The notes under the pieces were generated by a model that was not told where the DNA came from, did no database searches, and worked only from the letters and a program-made list of their open reading frames with translations. This document shows, piece after piece, positions 33,385 to 48,300 of a stretch of 64,000 nt of DNA. The stretch spans positions 3,286,001-3,350,000 of the forward strand of contig CM119382.1 of assembly GCA_051294905.1 (NCBI GenBank), given 5' to 3'. This DNA is from Botryllus schlosseri (lineage: Eukaryota). The position numbers and the translations under genes are program-made. Positions within the stretch are counted from its first letter, which is position 1; each line of letters starts with the position of its first letter.

Positions 33385-36300
33385 TAGTTGCTGACGATTC
33401 CCCCTGACAGCCGAAATATTCGGTCTTGATTCAATATGAATATATTATTCCAATTTTCTTATAGCCAGAAATATGATATTTAACGGGCGCATGGAAAATC
33501 AAAGTCGTAGTCTTGATTGGCAGCGAATCACCCGCCGATTCGTTTAATTAAATTCGGTAAAAAATCAGACATAAACTTGTCGCGTGACTAGAATATTCCT
33601 AACCCTATCTCCCAATTTATAGCAGAGGCTAAAACTAATATAAACTCCGCTTTAAATTGGAACAACTCACGAGCTTCGTTCACCACTGAACCGTAGACGC
33701 GCAACATAAGCTTTGATCCACCATGCGTGTAATTGAAGCCTGTATGGAATCGGTGTCCTGCGCTCACACTATCTTTTATTTTTTATTATTTTTTAATAAA
33801 TTACTTTACCTTGAAGAATCATTGCTGCTCACATGTTATATCAGGCAAAACGTACCGCGATTCCAGTAAGGAATTAAAGCGTGCCGCATTATGCGGATGT
33901 GAGGCATGATATTGTTTTGTGCCGATCTTTGAAACCATTACCTCATCGTACAACCACTGATATTACTTCTCAAGGATGGCGGCCAATAATCATAATCAAT
34001 CTTGTGGTCGTAGTGTTCATAACGCGAGTTGATAGTTTCTATGCATTCTTTGAGTAGCATGAGGTAGATAGGAGCAGGCGCAAGGAGCCGGAGCTCTATG
34101 TGAAATTGAGGTGGAGCCGGAGCTGGAGCTGGAGCAAGGTTTGAAAAATACCTCCGGACCCGATGAATTTCATAAGATGCTATATTAGTTTTACTGGTTG
34201 TGGCTTTTCAAAAGTGACTAGTTCTAGACCTAGACACGCTTCAGACGACGTATAGGCCAACTATTCTCATGATTGCATAATGTGGCCATCTTACTTGAAG
34301 AGATCACCGCCATTCGCTGAAATATTTCAAACTGTTAGTATTTAGGAATTACCTTCCTTATGTCTGCGCTGAGCGATCGTGTTGCGACAAGCTGTTCAAC
34401 GTGTCTGAATTCATAATAATGTAAACGGACCAGAATATCCCGGCGGCTACTTCTTAGTCAAAACCAAATGAGCATGTGCTCATTAGCAACGCTAATCTCC
34501 AGAACGACATCTGCTTAAAGCACGTAAATTAAGAAATAAGAAACTGTTATCTGGCGAGCGGACATTCATTACGACTACAACCTCCACGCCGAAAACGATC
34601 TGTGTTATTATACCACGTTTAATTGGGATGTTTGAAATGGTAACGTACTGGATACAAGCCGAAGTATCTGTCGAGCTACGCAAACTGTGTCTGACTTCGC
34701 AATCCAAACAAAATATTCAACTCTACGATTTTACACAAAGGGTGAAGTAAATACTCGGACGAGTAAGTATTTGTCTGCTATACACGACGGATATCATTTT
34801 CAACTCTATAAATTTCAGTAACATCACATTACTGAGCAGGTTGGACAACTAGATAATTCCAGCTGTCTATTCAGAAACTAGTTAGGGCGTAATGCCGGTA
34901 ATCTGAATATAATCTAATTTGAGAAAAAAAATTCGCCATAATTCCGTTACTGAGGCAATCATTGATATCTGTACGGAAATTATCTCAGGAACACACGCGG
35001 AGACAGAAAGACAGATGTCATACATACCACGGTAATGTCCATTAGCTTGTCAAACTCCCAAACATCGAAAATCGCAGGGTGGTGCCACGTTTGCATTTCT
35101 ACTAATAGAAAGGTTCATACGCTGCTACCTCAAGTTCATATAACATTGCAGCTACCATAGTCAGCGTTGATAACAATGGTGTGGGTAATCAAGATTCGGC
35201 GATGAATATGTTCCACTGGAATTGAGGATATAATATATAACGTCATCAATGGTTGGTTAGGAGTATGGCTCACTACGAAAAGCAAATCTCTGGAAAGCAC
35301 ATGGAGATCCATGGCCGTGGTCGCAACATCGGTTTATCTGTACGGCTGTAGGACGAATTTTTCGAGTACCATACCGTAGCGTGGTACAAATCTACGCACG
35401 TTAGTGGGAATGACATGTCTAGCAAGACCTGATCAGTCCGCAACATTTTCACAAAGCGCAATGAAACACACTCGAAAAAATATCATTATCTTTAACGTGA
35501 TATATCTGGCATTATATTCTTTGCGGTCGCATAAAAGGTACATATTTGAACTTTCCGCGTCTTTTATAGTGTGATGACGTCATAATCAGTGATACATGAA
35601 TACTAGGCAGGAAGGCTAATACCAAATTCAGCATTGAATCACTCTGCTACACGATTTTGCCCAGACCGAGTTATCTGTGAAGGTGCGATGCTAGCTTCAG
35701 GTTAGAGAATAAGGGCTATCTTTTGCATTATTTATACACAAATATCCTCGCATCACATATCCGCAATGGTTCATTCAAAATACGCTGATCTGTCCTTTAA
35801 AACACTCGTATACACGACAGCTTTCACACTCCGGTTTCTAGAATTGAAACAGCCCTGTAATAACATCTGAAATTTCCCTATACAACTACCACCAGTACGA
35901 TACGAAACCATCCGTGGCACTCTTGCAAGGATAGCATGAGGTATGATTATGAAGCATGATAGTATGTCGAAATGCATCGTCAGTGATCCGAGAATTGTTA
36001 CAAAACAGTACAACATAACTGAAATTGAGGCCGTCGTGATTATGATGAATAGGATTGAGAGATAGGCATTTCGGTAGATCTGACCTAAATACGTTGCTTA
36101 GGTATTGCAACACACGTCTTAACCGGACAGTACCGACGGATGTTCGAGTATCAGGTTTGAACACGTCTCGAGTCAGCAATATAACTAAACCGTACCTAGC
36201 ATACTTGGACTTGGTAACATAATTCTAATAGAATTAGAGAGACGTCCCAGTCTATGCTTAAAGTACCAAATGAAATCCGCTTATTCTGAGAGTAATCTGC

Positions 36301-36890
36301 CGAAGACAAAAGCACGTTTTTGTATCGAAATCGTGCATTCCTAAGTTCGGAATAAGCAACCGATTATCCATGCGGTATCGCACACATCGTGATCGCACAA
36401 GATATCGAATTCCGCGTACCGGTACTTCAAATACCTCTAATGCTGCAGCGCAGAACTCCAACCGGAAAACGTTGACACAATAAACATTAATCACGACAAT
36501 AATCAAATTAGCTTATTGAAACAATTGGCGAATGTAACATCCGAATGAAGAATACCTTGAGATCACCTTAGGACCCATCGATCACGAATTGTCAAGTCTG
36601 GATTAGCTTGGTCTTGGCGTCTACTGCTGGGCTAGTCGCCGCTCGCTAATGACATTTTGCGGTGCTGATGACGGTTTCCTTGCATGATTCCGACAGCAAT
36701 TGTTGGTGTTTTGTAGGCGAAAGTTGCTTTTCGTTGAAATACGTGATTAGAAGGTCCGTATTTGTTGTGAAGGCTGACCAAGCATGCCTACGAAGTTACA
36801 AACCATTTCGATCACAAAAATGTTTGTCACGAAGGAAACTTTGGGCCCACGTTTCAGAAACAGCTAACCATCGTTACATAATATTGGGTA

Positions 36891-37107
36891 GAGATTCTTG
36901 GTGGTACAGAACTTCAATATACAATTGTATAATATATTCATATTGAAATAAACCCGAATCTTTTCGGCTGACACTCGTCAGCAGCTAGTAGGGAAATGGA
37001 TACAATATACAATGATCTTTCCAATTCTATTATAGGCGCTGACGATTACCCTGACGAAAATATTCGAGTTTATTCTAATATAAATATATTATTCAATTAT
37101 AATATTA
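36891..37107. mobile_element. Palindromic MITE family (GAAGAGCTTCTTGGAGGTACAGAACTTC ends), representative copy
   Basis: Long inverted arms around a short spacer. Related pieces at ~3360-3510, 12040-12120, 12770, 13400-13470, 25420-25470, 31170-31310/33385-33450, 40720-40820, 47460-47530, 50730-50825, 55650-55860. Confidence 0.8.
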
Positions 37108-40100
37108 TGCGTGGGATGTGAGTCGGTAATTTTTCAAATAGTAATTTCCTCATTCCACACGCAGGCAAACGATTTATTCAACTTCGCGGGCGGATCGCGG
37201 GCGGATTACATCTCGAAAATAAAGTTGCGAAGGCGTGGTCAATGTATTGTCATCGTTAGTACTCAATTAGAAGTAAAACTTGCATTATGAAGTTCAAATA
37301 AAGCAAAAGTAGAAGTAGTGATTTTCAAGTACGTAAAAAATAAATATTCTAGGCCCAGTTTATAGCCTAAAAACTGACAACTGTTAGGGGGCACGTTTGT
37401 GCAGAAATATGTAATTATTATTTTGATACTCCAACCAATTAATAAATGATAATTACATATTTGGAATCAGCATGAAATTTCCGTTATACTACGATCAATA
37501 CACAATAAATACAAAAAAAATGTCCGCGCAGAATGCCCCTTAGGAGTTTCTAGTTTAGGCCAAACTAGGCGAAAAGCCTAGAATACTTACTATTTCACTT
37601 GGAAATCACTGTTGCTATATACTTGTATTTAGTAGAAATTGATGATTCCAAATATGTAATTTTTATTTTGATATTCCAACTACTTCTCACTTAGATCTAC
37701 GCTCTTTTGTGGGGGCCATTTTAAGTAAAAGTACATGAAACCTAAACCTCCCTCAGACTTCTTCCGTGGTATAAATTGAGTACAACATTATATTCCAAAT
37801 TATGCATGCACGTAGCCACGTTGGAAGGGTATGCGGTATGCGATATAATTCTGAGTTTGAGCTGTTTATGTGCAACACGTTGTTCGGCCCTCAGGGCGTG
37901 AATACACACCCCTTTTCGCTAACAAGGATTGACGAACCCTATATTTGAGCACTCCGAAAAAAACAGAAGTACTTCCTTACTGGCCAAGTGTGACTGTAAG
38001 AGTGTGTGTCTATTATATAAGTCGTGGCAACACTAGGGCTGATCCATGAGTGTGGTGCTGCACATTTCCTGTACTGTAAAAGGTCCCCGCTACCGACTTC
38101 AGCTTATGCATCATTATGGCAGGTGTATGTATGTATAATTGCATATATCTACTTTCGAAACCGACTTCATTTACGATACGATCTGGTTTTTGTTTAGGTT
38201 CCAATGCGCGCAGGCAATACAACATTTTCCTAATTACCGCGAACGTTGTTTCCTCAAACGGCCGGGTGCATAAATAAATACCCAGTGTGCGCGGGTCATG
38301 ATCAGAAAATCCCCACATTTGTATGCAAAATTCGTGATTATCAAGAATGTAAGGTCATTAATCATCGACCCAACGAACATAAGTGAACGACGCATCATAA
38401 ATATCCGACAATATTTGGCGGATAAAGGCACGGGAATTTCGGAGAAAATGCAAGTCCAGGAACTCAAGATATTTCATTAGCGCTCTAGACTTGATGCTCT
38501 CAATTGCTCATCAACACTCGATCTGAGAGCGGTTAACTGCATGGGGAAAGGAAAGCATATTGTCGAAAACTGAATTATAGATGCGTCTTCCACCTAATAA
38601 AAATAACTGCGCGGTAATAGATCACTCCTGCGTTCAATTACATCAACTAATTGGAAAGGAAATGCATTTCAAACAACGTACCAAACAGCTGTCGCCCCGC
38701 GCACCGTTCCACACGATAATCATTCTCGATCAAGCCACTGACACGAGTTTTGTTTTCTTTACAAATCCCTCTACGTATCGAAAACACAATAAAGTTAAGC
38801 CCTCTATTTATTCTAGAACCTGGACGCTGAAATGTCTAATCAATTGACACAGTCGTAAATTTGATCAATTGCGTCAAAAACACAGTCGCAAAGCTCAAAG
38901 CAACGACCCAATTGCAAAGGATTACGCACAGATTGAAGTTGTTAGCTGGGAAACCATCAATATCCGAAGAAGCTTAGTAGCGGCTTTGTTATAAACGAGT
39001 AACAAATCGAGGCATGACCTGAGTAGCCGCGAAGGTGATTTGTGAGCACGTAATGCTAATACTCTAGCCAACGAAGAATAATGTTTGTTTGCGTAAATAA
39101 CCTTGAAAATGTATCGGATATGTGCAGCTTTCAAAAAACACAACCACTGCCGAAAAAACATACACGTTCACCTTCAGTCGTTATAGCAACTTGCGTCGCA
39201 ATGATCAAAAACGAGAAGTTTATTGTCCTTGTCATTATGTGAGATTGTGGATTACGTTTACATTACCAAGGGTCTGCTTCAGACTGGTAGGCGCACTGTC
39301 TGAGAAAGAGTTGTAGGACTAGAAAATGTTCGGATTTTCCAAATTAGATTAAAATTAGAATAATTGAATTCGCAAACACTTGGAAAGCGGGTTAAATTTT
39401 GAATTATAAAGCAACACGACAAAATCATAAAATACCACTTCCCGCCCCCGGGACCAAAGCTGAACAACTGGAAAATAAGAATACAACTACAATTATAGCT
39501 ACGCAGTTTTTGTCGAAAATAGATTAGAATTAGAATTACTGAATTCACAAACAATTGGAAATCGAATTAAATTTCGAACTAGTAAGAGATACAACGAAAA
39601 TTAAGGTCAGTTCATATAAAATTATAATAATTCATTCTCACAAGCATGAGAGCGACGATTGTCTGTACACTTGGCTTGTTTCGCACTGTACAGTTTTCCT
39701 GTAGCATTTTCATGGGACCAGAAATTAGATTATAATCAAAATTAGAGCATAAAAACATTTCACAAATAAGAATTAGGAATTATCTAGTTGCCCAAGTCTG
39801 GTTTATGAAGAAGAACTTGCAGTTAGGTACCACGCGCCGACTCTTCCTCAATCTTTATAGTATATATACCCTCACGTTGCAGAACTGATCAATAAAATCT
39901 CAACTATACCGCGATCGATATATATTGAAACAATATCTCGGATTACGCAGTTGGTTTGCAGTTGTAATAGTGTCTGGCATGACGAAAATCTTAATCCGTA
40001 ACATGATCCCATCCCATGCACAGCGGCTTGAAAAGTCACCCGGCACGCTTGCTAGAATTTCATACCGACATTGCCGAACGGGTCAGAAGATTTATCACGA

Positions 40101-43060
40101 TTATGAACGTAATCGCGGCATTAATCCTACGAGACAAAACATGGCGTCTCGCCGGATACAAGCTCTACGTTTGCGGTCGCAAATCCTGGAACTGTCGAGC
40201 TTGTAAAGGCCGCTAACAATGGTGAGGTTTTAGCGGTGTGATCACAGTGTTTTGTTACATGGTATTTTATCGACAACAATAACAACAGGTTCTATTAAAC
40301 TTTGATAAAGCACACAATTTCGAGCGACAGTGCATATTAGCAATTGCGACCCGAAACTGACTCCATGTAAATGTAATTTAAACGACCGTAATATCGACAA
40401 TGTGTCTACGACACACATATAATGCGAAATACACGCTTCGAATTACGAATTAATGCAGTTTTCGTTATTTTTCGATCTTATCTGTTTCGACAATCGCATG
40501 CCACCGCATCGCATTGAGTTGATCGCTCGATTAAAAATCGACAATATGTCGCATGCAGAGATTTAAGCACACGATACCCGGTTATTGAAAACTATTGAAT
40601 TTATCGTAGCGCACTCAACCTTGGTCCAGAGTCAATTTAGCTACCATGTCGATGTTTCATTAGTGCTACTCGGTCTACGTGCTGGCAAGATTGTAGATAT
40701 ACAAAACTTTTTTTTTATTCTTTACTAGTTGCAGACGATTGCCCCGAAAACCAGCCAAAAATAATTGAGGTTATTTCGACACGAATATATTATGCAATTG
40801 TATATTGAATTTCTGTACATCTGTCTTAAGTAAGCCCGTTTCCGTGAAAATGCATTCAGCAATGCACACCCAGAGGCATCTGCTAGTTATAATGTTTCAC
40901 TCCAATATGAAACAAGGTCATCAATGACCTTATAAATCATGACGCACGGTATTAGGTAATAAGTCTTCATCATAAACTTTATTACGATTTTTACTATTGC
41001 TAACAAACGCTATACATCAACGGGGCATCACATATAGTCTGACAAGACAACTTGCGTATTTCTAAGCAGCTTCTTAGGTAATCTTAATAGCAGACCGCGT
41101 GCGCAATTCATATTTTATGATGTTAATAACTAACCCCTGTCTAAAATTAACCTGTGCTGATTGGCAATGTCATAAATACATGCTATTCTGTGAATGTCTC
41201 GTTCAGGGATAGCTGGAGAGGTCTCGGTAATTGGTTGATCATACGTTGCCCACCATACGACACAAGACAGTTGTCGCCAACAGCCGCTTTGCGGATGCGA
41301 AAACGAATGTATCTCTGTTATTCCCTAATTTCTACAATCGCCCTGACCCAAATCGGATCCGAAACGAGAGAAATAGGTTTGAAAAAACACAGGAACTAAC
41401 TCCTTATCGTCACCTAATGGAAATGCTAGTTTAAGTTGTTGGGCTAAGCGCATAACCTCCAAAGAGCTTTATCACAGTGATCGGATAGCTACGCATACGC
41501 AATATCAATACTTTAGTCACCAACATAAGAATCACAAGTCCTTAATCAGGCCTTTCATGACCTAAACCGCGACCCTTACACAATCGCAGCGTCATATATA
41601 GCTGTAAATCGTTGATAAAGCGGCTCTTTTTTAAACAAGCTGTCAGATTCCTGTATACTACATTGGTTGATAGTTGATACCCTGCCTCAAACTTTTTAAT
41701 TGTACACAAGTTTTATCTTAGTACATCTGTAGCAATATTAACATAGTTGATAAGCCGCTATCTAGCCTGATCAAATAGAATCGTGTTCCTAAACTGCTTC
41801 ATACGATTTCGAAAGCGAACATAATTTTCATGCCACTTCATTTTAATCGTTCGTCCTTTTTATTTTTTTGTATCAATTTTCATCGAGTGTGCATGTCTCT
41901 TATTTACCATGTTTTATGCCAAGGTTGGGGTCCCACGAAAAGACCGATCCGTTTCGTTTCGACACCTTCCTATCTTTTCATTCTATCACAATCTTGTGGT
42001 GTTTTCAATTGATAAACGTTCTCTGTATACGAACGGTTGGGTCTTGCACATAATTATCGGTCCGTGATGGTAAAGAGTCGAAGCATGGTGAAACCTAATG
42101 GAAAATAAAGACCGCTTCTATATGGACGGTTTCTGAGACTAACGGAACATATCCATTCCATTGCTAATGATAGGCCAACGTGATCCAAGTATTTGACAGG
42201 GGAGAATGGCTTTGATACGGTGCAAAACTCCGATTTAGATAAATACATTCGATTAAAAACGTTTCGACGATTAGCCGCATCAATGAAAATATTATACTCA
42301 TGTAATGATGGCTGATGATTGTTTAGGAAATGCAGCACAATTTTTTTCTACACGACTTTCGATATCAAGTGAAGCAACCACTGTAAACGCTGTTCTGGGC
42401 AACAGACTTTCTGAGAAGCGTTTGACACGAATAAATTGCTGAAGGATTACAATTTATCAAATCGACTTAGAAATGAAAGCGGTTTTCGTATCCAAAACAA
42501 ATACCCCTACTCGTCCGTGATGGCGACTCATATTTAATGAACGTGCTAATATCTAAATTATCCGCTACCGTACCACAGTATTATTTCACGCAAGCTTCCA
42601 CGGGTATCTTTCTATGATCGAGTTTACACTCATGTATCACATCCCTCTAATAATATTCTTTGTCTTGAGATAACTGCTCGTAATTTACGTTTCCAAATTC
42701 TAATAAGGTATTTTCCTAGCCGAACTCAAATCGACGTGCTTGAAAGAGCTTGACTTTCGATGACAGTCTACTATATCCGGGTGAGATAACATTTCAATTC
42801 GTCAGCACGGGCGGAAGAAAAAGGGCAATCATCAGATAATAACTTCTACATGTTAAGTCGCAAAATATGCCTACTTTCCAATGAATATTAAAACAGGCAG
42901 TGTCATACAAAAGACACGAAAGTGGGCCGTGCTATACAAGTCTGACATATCATGATCGTTTCTACCGATATATAATTGGCCCGCTACCAATCTGGGCTTT
43001 TTAGATCCTACATGCACAGTGCACACTGTACTGTACAGCTACGTTACTTGCATATACAGT

Positions 43061-43133
43061 CGACCATATTCGGTTTCGAACCATCGCAAATACAAGTCTT
43101 ACAGCGCTGGTCTTAACCGATACGCCACTATAG
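43061..43133 (-). pseudogene. Degenerate tRNA-derived Pol III unit (SINE head or tRNA pseudogene)
   Basis: Minus strand TAGTGGCGTATCGGTTAAG (A-box-like) and GGTTCGAAACC (B box) at tRNA-like spacing; no clean cloverleaf. Confidence 0.5.
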
Positions 43134-44699
43134 TGTTCTGATGTAATGATGATTTTCTTCTTTCTTATACGATAAAATCAAGACACAGATTAAGGCGTCG
43201 GGTGTACTGGTTATTATCACATAAACGCCCTTCCTGGTAGAATATACAAATCAGCGAAAACTACCCCGCCGTACCGAGATAGCGGGCAACAACATATGCA
43301 AAATAAGCAGTTGTGGTTATTGCGTACTGACATTTATATCCGTGATAGGGTTACATCATCGTATTTATTGCCTACCAAAAAGTGCAAAGAATGCCAAGCA
43401 TGATATGCTCCTGTTTTACTCAGTTAGAAGTTCGCCACTTGCAGAAACTAAGTCTAACGCTTGATTTTAATTAGCACATTTTAACTCAGTTTCGAATCCC
43501 ATAAAATCACGGTACAAATCTTGCTTACGGACACGAGTAAGCTCATAACGCTTAGAAGCATTGAAGCGGGGACAGGATAATTTTGACCTATAAGGATCAA
43601 ATTTTGTCACTTAGAAACGCAAACATATTAATTAAAACGAGCTCCACCAAACTGGAAGGTCAGTATGCGTTTCCAGCAGTAGGTTTCACACGAGGTACTG
43701 TAACTTAGCATATTTACCGCCAGGAAATTCGAAGCACTATACATTCGAACGTAAACAAAAATCCCATTTCGTCAAGAATCGCAAAGCACGAATCCTCCAA
43801 TTTTCAGAGCTAGTGACAGCTCTCAAACCCTATTAACCTCCGATTCATATTATTCAGGAGCTGAAAATTAACTGTAAGAAAGTGACCAATTTTTTTAAGT
43901 AGATACAAGTCGCACAACCCCCTAACAATCAGTTTATAATGATGATGCATACCCCCTTACGAGCAACAATGGTATGTCATGCTCTATTACATCAATTAAT
44001 CCACTTTAACACAGAACGGTGGAAAAGTGGCTTAAAAACAAGCCCTTATCAAACAAAGTTGGATCAAAAGTAAGCCCTTACGACAACTACTTCACTCATT
44101 AAACAAACACAGGCCGATGATTCAATATCTCGTCTCGAAAGTCACCCGCCTCTTGAAAATAAGTTACTTATTATAACATATCATCCTGTGACATCACACG
44201 AACGGGTAACGGCGAAATGATCTGTCGAGACGCGGTTTCCTACGAGGGGTACAGTCATTGGGTGCAGAGCGTTGTAGAAAGACGCTTGCATATTTCTATA
44301 TCAGTATTGATTTTGAACCTTCAATGACGCGATCAATGCTATACAAACGTACTTAGTAATCTGGTATCTACGCATACAGCGTGAACCGGAGCGTGCCTTC
44401 ATTCGGCCATTACTCTTCCGTGAAAATATCAACGCACGTAGTCAAAAATGTTCCTTGACCTTTTCCAAGCGAAGAGGTACAATCTTCTAAAATATATTCA
44501 GTTACGATGATACGGAGATTAGTTCACGCGGTTCTTATGACAGTTTCACACAGAAAAATTATGCAAACTCGTCACAAAAACACTTTCCACTAATCAACTC
44601 CCGAAGTGTGAAACGTGAGTAGTCTAGAAACAGTATTAATTGACTACTCCGAAAAAGAAAAAGTACATCTTTTCTGATCACCAAATCATCTGATGATCA

Positions 44700-45375
44700 A
44701 ATGGGTAAGTATGGTATGGTATGGAGATTTCCAAGTATGGTAGGGAATTTTTTTTCCATACTTCCATACTTCCATACTTTGACAGTTTTGCCAGAACCAT
44801 GACAACGATCCAACTTTCGATATTACAAATCAATTGCATAAAATCGTTCACTGACATTTCTGTCTATGTTGATATCTCAAATTACGACTCAGAATCACAT
44901 ACCTCCGTCGACATCTATTTGAAGAGAACAAAAGTTAGCCGACTGACATATTAAGGAAAATAGTATTGATGATAATTATTCCAATCTGAATATCATAAAA
45001 ACAAATGATATTAGACCGCTGTTGCGTTACTGCTTACATTTCACTTATCGTAACTTCCACTCAGTAACGAATACAACGAGGAGTTTTAAAATGTTAGAGG
45101 CTGTGGATGTAGCAGCTACATGGATATTTATATCAATTTGTTGATCTTGGAAGACAGTTGCAACGCTTTGCTCGTATGATCATCACGCAATATATAATAT
45201 TTGACATAAGCATCATTGTAAGGTTGGGCGACTGCAAAAGCATGGAAGAAGTATCAGATATGGTATGGAAGAATGCGGCTATGGTGTGGAAAATTGTTAG
45301 TATGGTATGGGACGATTGATGCAGGTATGGAGTAGGGAAATTTCCCATTCCATAGCATACCATGCCATGCCCAGA
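44700..45375. repeat. Two short GGTATGG/CCATAC palindromic repeats (~44700-44790, ~45240-45375)
   Basis: Each has GGTAT(GG) runs, then a GGGAA.TTT centre, then CCATAC runs. Confidence 0.55.
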
Positions 45376-48300
45376 TGACCTCTGGTCACTATCGCTAAAC
45401 GAAAGCCATTCCAAATCGCAAGACTTGTGAAAATAATTTTGCTCGTACCATCATGTTTTGTGCACGCTCGATAGCTATTCCACATTACTTTGAAAAGGTG
45501 ATGATGGTAATGATACGTGCGTTTTATTGGGAATAACCATAAAAGAAGCTGGATCACCAAATTGATCAAAAGCATTATTCTGAATCACTCTGTCCACACA
45601 TCCGAGACCGCAGATTCTTATCATGGTCATTCGCGGACGTTACTCATTCAAACGTGACTTTCAACGGATTGGGATCGTTCCATTGTGCCCCGGTATCTTC
45701 CTCTTCAAACAACTGTCTTCGATCGGCGTTAAACAGTAAGATTTATCGCGAACCCGGCACGTAGGTATTCAATATTCATATCTTTGTTCCAAAATGCTCG
45801 GCTTGTTTTTATTGTATTGTACTATATTCGCATCGCGCGCGCGAATGATGTTATCAGGCATCTATTCCCTCATGAAGTCGGGGGTAATGCGACAGAATAT
45901 GGACTGATAAAGGTTAGCGAAAACCGTTTAGGATTCGTCACAAACCATGATCTATCTATCCACTTACGCATACCTAGATTACAAAAATGAGGTCATTAAT
46001 CAACGCGCCCGTTTTGCACGATAGGAATTCAATTGGGTATTGAAGTTGCATAAGAATGAAGCGAAAAATCACTTGTTCATTATGTTTATGCGTAAAGACA
46101 GACATTTCATTGAAAATACAGTTCTGTTACGTCTAATATATGATTTGTAGCTGCGCTATACTGCAGTAATTGGAACTGCTCGCGTCAAACTCACTAGAGT
46201 TATACCTTCAGGTTAGTTGTATCGTAAAATACTGTGTTTCGATACCTAGTGATTCAATAACTACTATATATACTATACTTTCAATTCTACTTTACAGGTT
46301 TCGTTTAAGACAAAACTAGGCCAAGAATACTTCCTTTTTTCTTACGCCTCTTCTACTTATACTGGAGCAGGCAACTGACGGTATTTCTACTACTTGGGCA
46401 CCAACATTAACTACTCCACCACCATCAATAAAGCTCCGACGCCTATAATCACGATTTCTGATCGAGTTTTCAAATATCGCAATATTAATTCGCGAATGTC
46501 ACCTTATGAAAATTCTGTGTGCGTCTAATTCGGTCTTTGAACGGAAATTTGAGAGGATTACGCGGAGCATTCTCGGCCGCCACAAAATGCAAACAACCTT
46601 ACCGAGAATCCATGACTCTGCCCGCGTTAACGTTGCATTACATTGCCCGCAGAAGCCAGATGCCAGAATCGGAGAGTTGGACAACCATAATAAATCATTT
46701 GAAACTTGAAATAATGCTACAGGGATTCTTTCTAAATTAGATTTCAATTAGAATTATCGAATTCACAAAAACTTGGAAATTGAATTAAATTCCGAATCAG
46801 GAATGAAGACATGAAAAACCAAGTTCAGTTAATGTCAATCAGAGCTTATTCTTATAAGCACGAGAATGGCCAACATTTGTAAACCAAGCTTGGCTCGTTT
46901 CACACTATACAGTTCTGCAGCATTTTCAGAAAAACCAAAATTCATAACAAAATTAAAATTGAGCATAGACATATTTCACAAGTTAGATTAGAAATAGATT
47001 ATGCTCTAATCAATCTCATCAGACAATTATCTATTAGTCAAAGTTTGGCAGAAGCCTTACTAGCGAGGGGACACATCACAGCCTATACCGAGACCTCTCC
47101 TTTACGTCACCACCTATACCATGGCTACAAAGGTCACAAGGACTACCAGTTAACTGACACGGGCACTGTAAAAACATAACAGGCTTAGCTCCGCTTCCAA
47201 AACGCCAAAATCCTTTCGAAAAACCTCCCGCCGTATCAGAATCCAAACAAACAGAAGAAATTAGCTAATGAGCAGCAACAACTTCCCGCACGAGCCCGAC
47301 AAATATATCAAAACACGACAACAATGCTTTCGAAAATGTAAGCAAGAATTAGGTTCAGATTTCCGGGTTACAAAGTTTACCCGTTTGTTGCCGCATAAAT
47401 ATCGCAAGCTGTGTGTACGTTTGCGAGTCCTTACAAATACCAACGGCTTTGGATTTCTAGAGCTTCTTGGAGGTACCGAACTTCAATATGCAATTGAATA
47501 GTATATTCATATTAAAATGAACCGGAATATACTATCCGTTTGATTTATCCATGGGAAATCTAATATTTGAAACGCCGCGCATTCGCGCATTGGATTATTG
47601 TAATGGATTCGCCAGGGTTGTAATTAGGGTTGCATTTAGAACAAAAATCAATTTAAAACAAACATGTTTTTTTATTGTTTTTTATGTTTTTGATAAAGCC
47701 ATGACGTCACAAATATTCAATTATGACGTCATAGTGGATTGACCTTGGCAATTGAAAAAATAGGGTAAAAATAGCTCCTTTGACGAAATATATGTATTAT
47801 TGCTGTTGAACCGACTATTTTGAGTGTTCCAACCATCCCATATCCATATACGTCGGCTACATCGGGTGGTAATTGTCCGTAGGCTCATACAACATGCTTT
47901 TTGAAGTATTTACACAATTATGGCATAATTTTACAACTTAAAAAAAGCACCATTTTTTAAAAAGACTATTTAAAACATGTTTTAAACAAAGTGTTTTAAT
48001 ACACCGTTTGTTTTAAATGCAACCCTAGTGGTAATAAATGAAATGAATTGGATTTTTGTTGTAATTCTATTAATGTCGAATGTCGAGTTTTTGCGAATTC
48101 AGTATCCAATTCTAGTCTAATTTGAAAAAAGTTGTGCAAATATAATTGTAATTCTAGTCTAATTTGTAAAAGCTGATATTCTCTAGTTGTCTCCGTGATA
48201 AACCGCACGGCGCAGATTCGATCAGTTTCAAACTGGTAAATACGTTACGAAACAAATCAAACTTTCAGACGAATTCCTCTAAGTACCAGCATTCTCTGCA

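Noticed and set aside
32692-36431. Shared 16-mer GTACCGGTACTTCAAA at 32692 and 36416
   Set aside because: Flanks do not align; one such match is expected by chance in a window this size.
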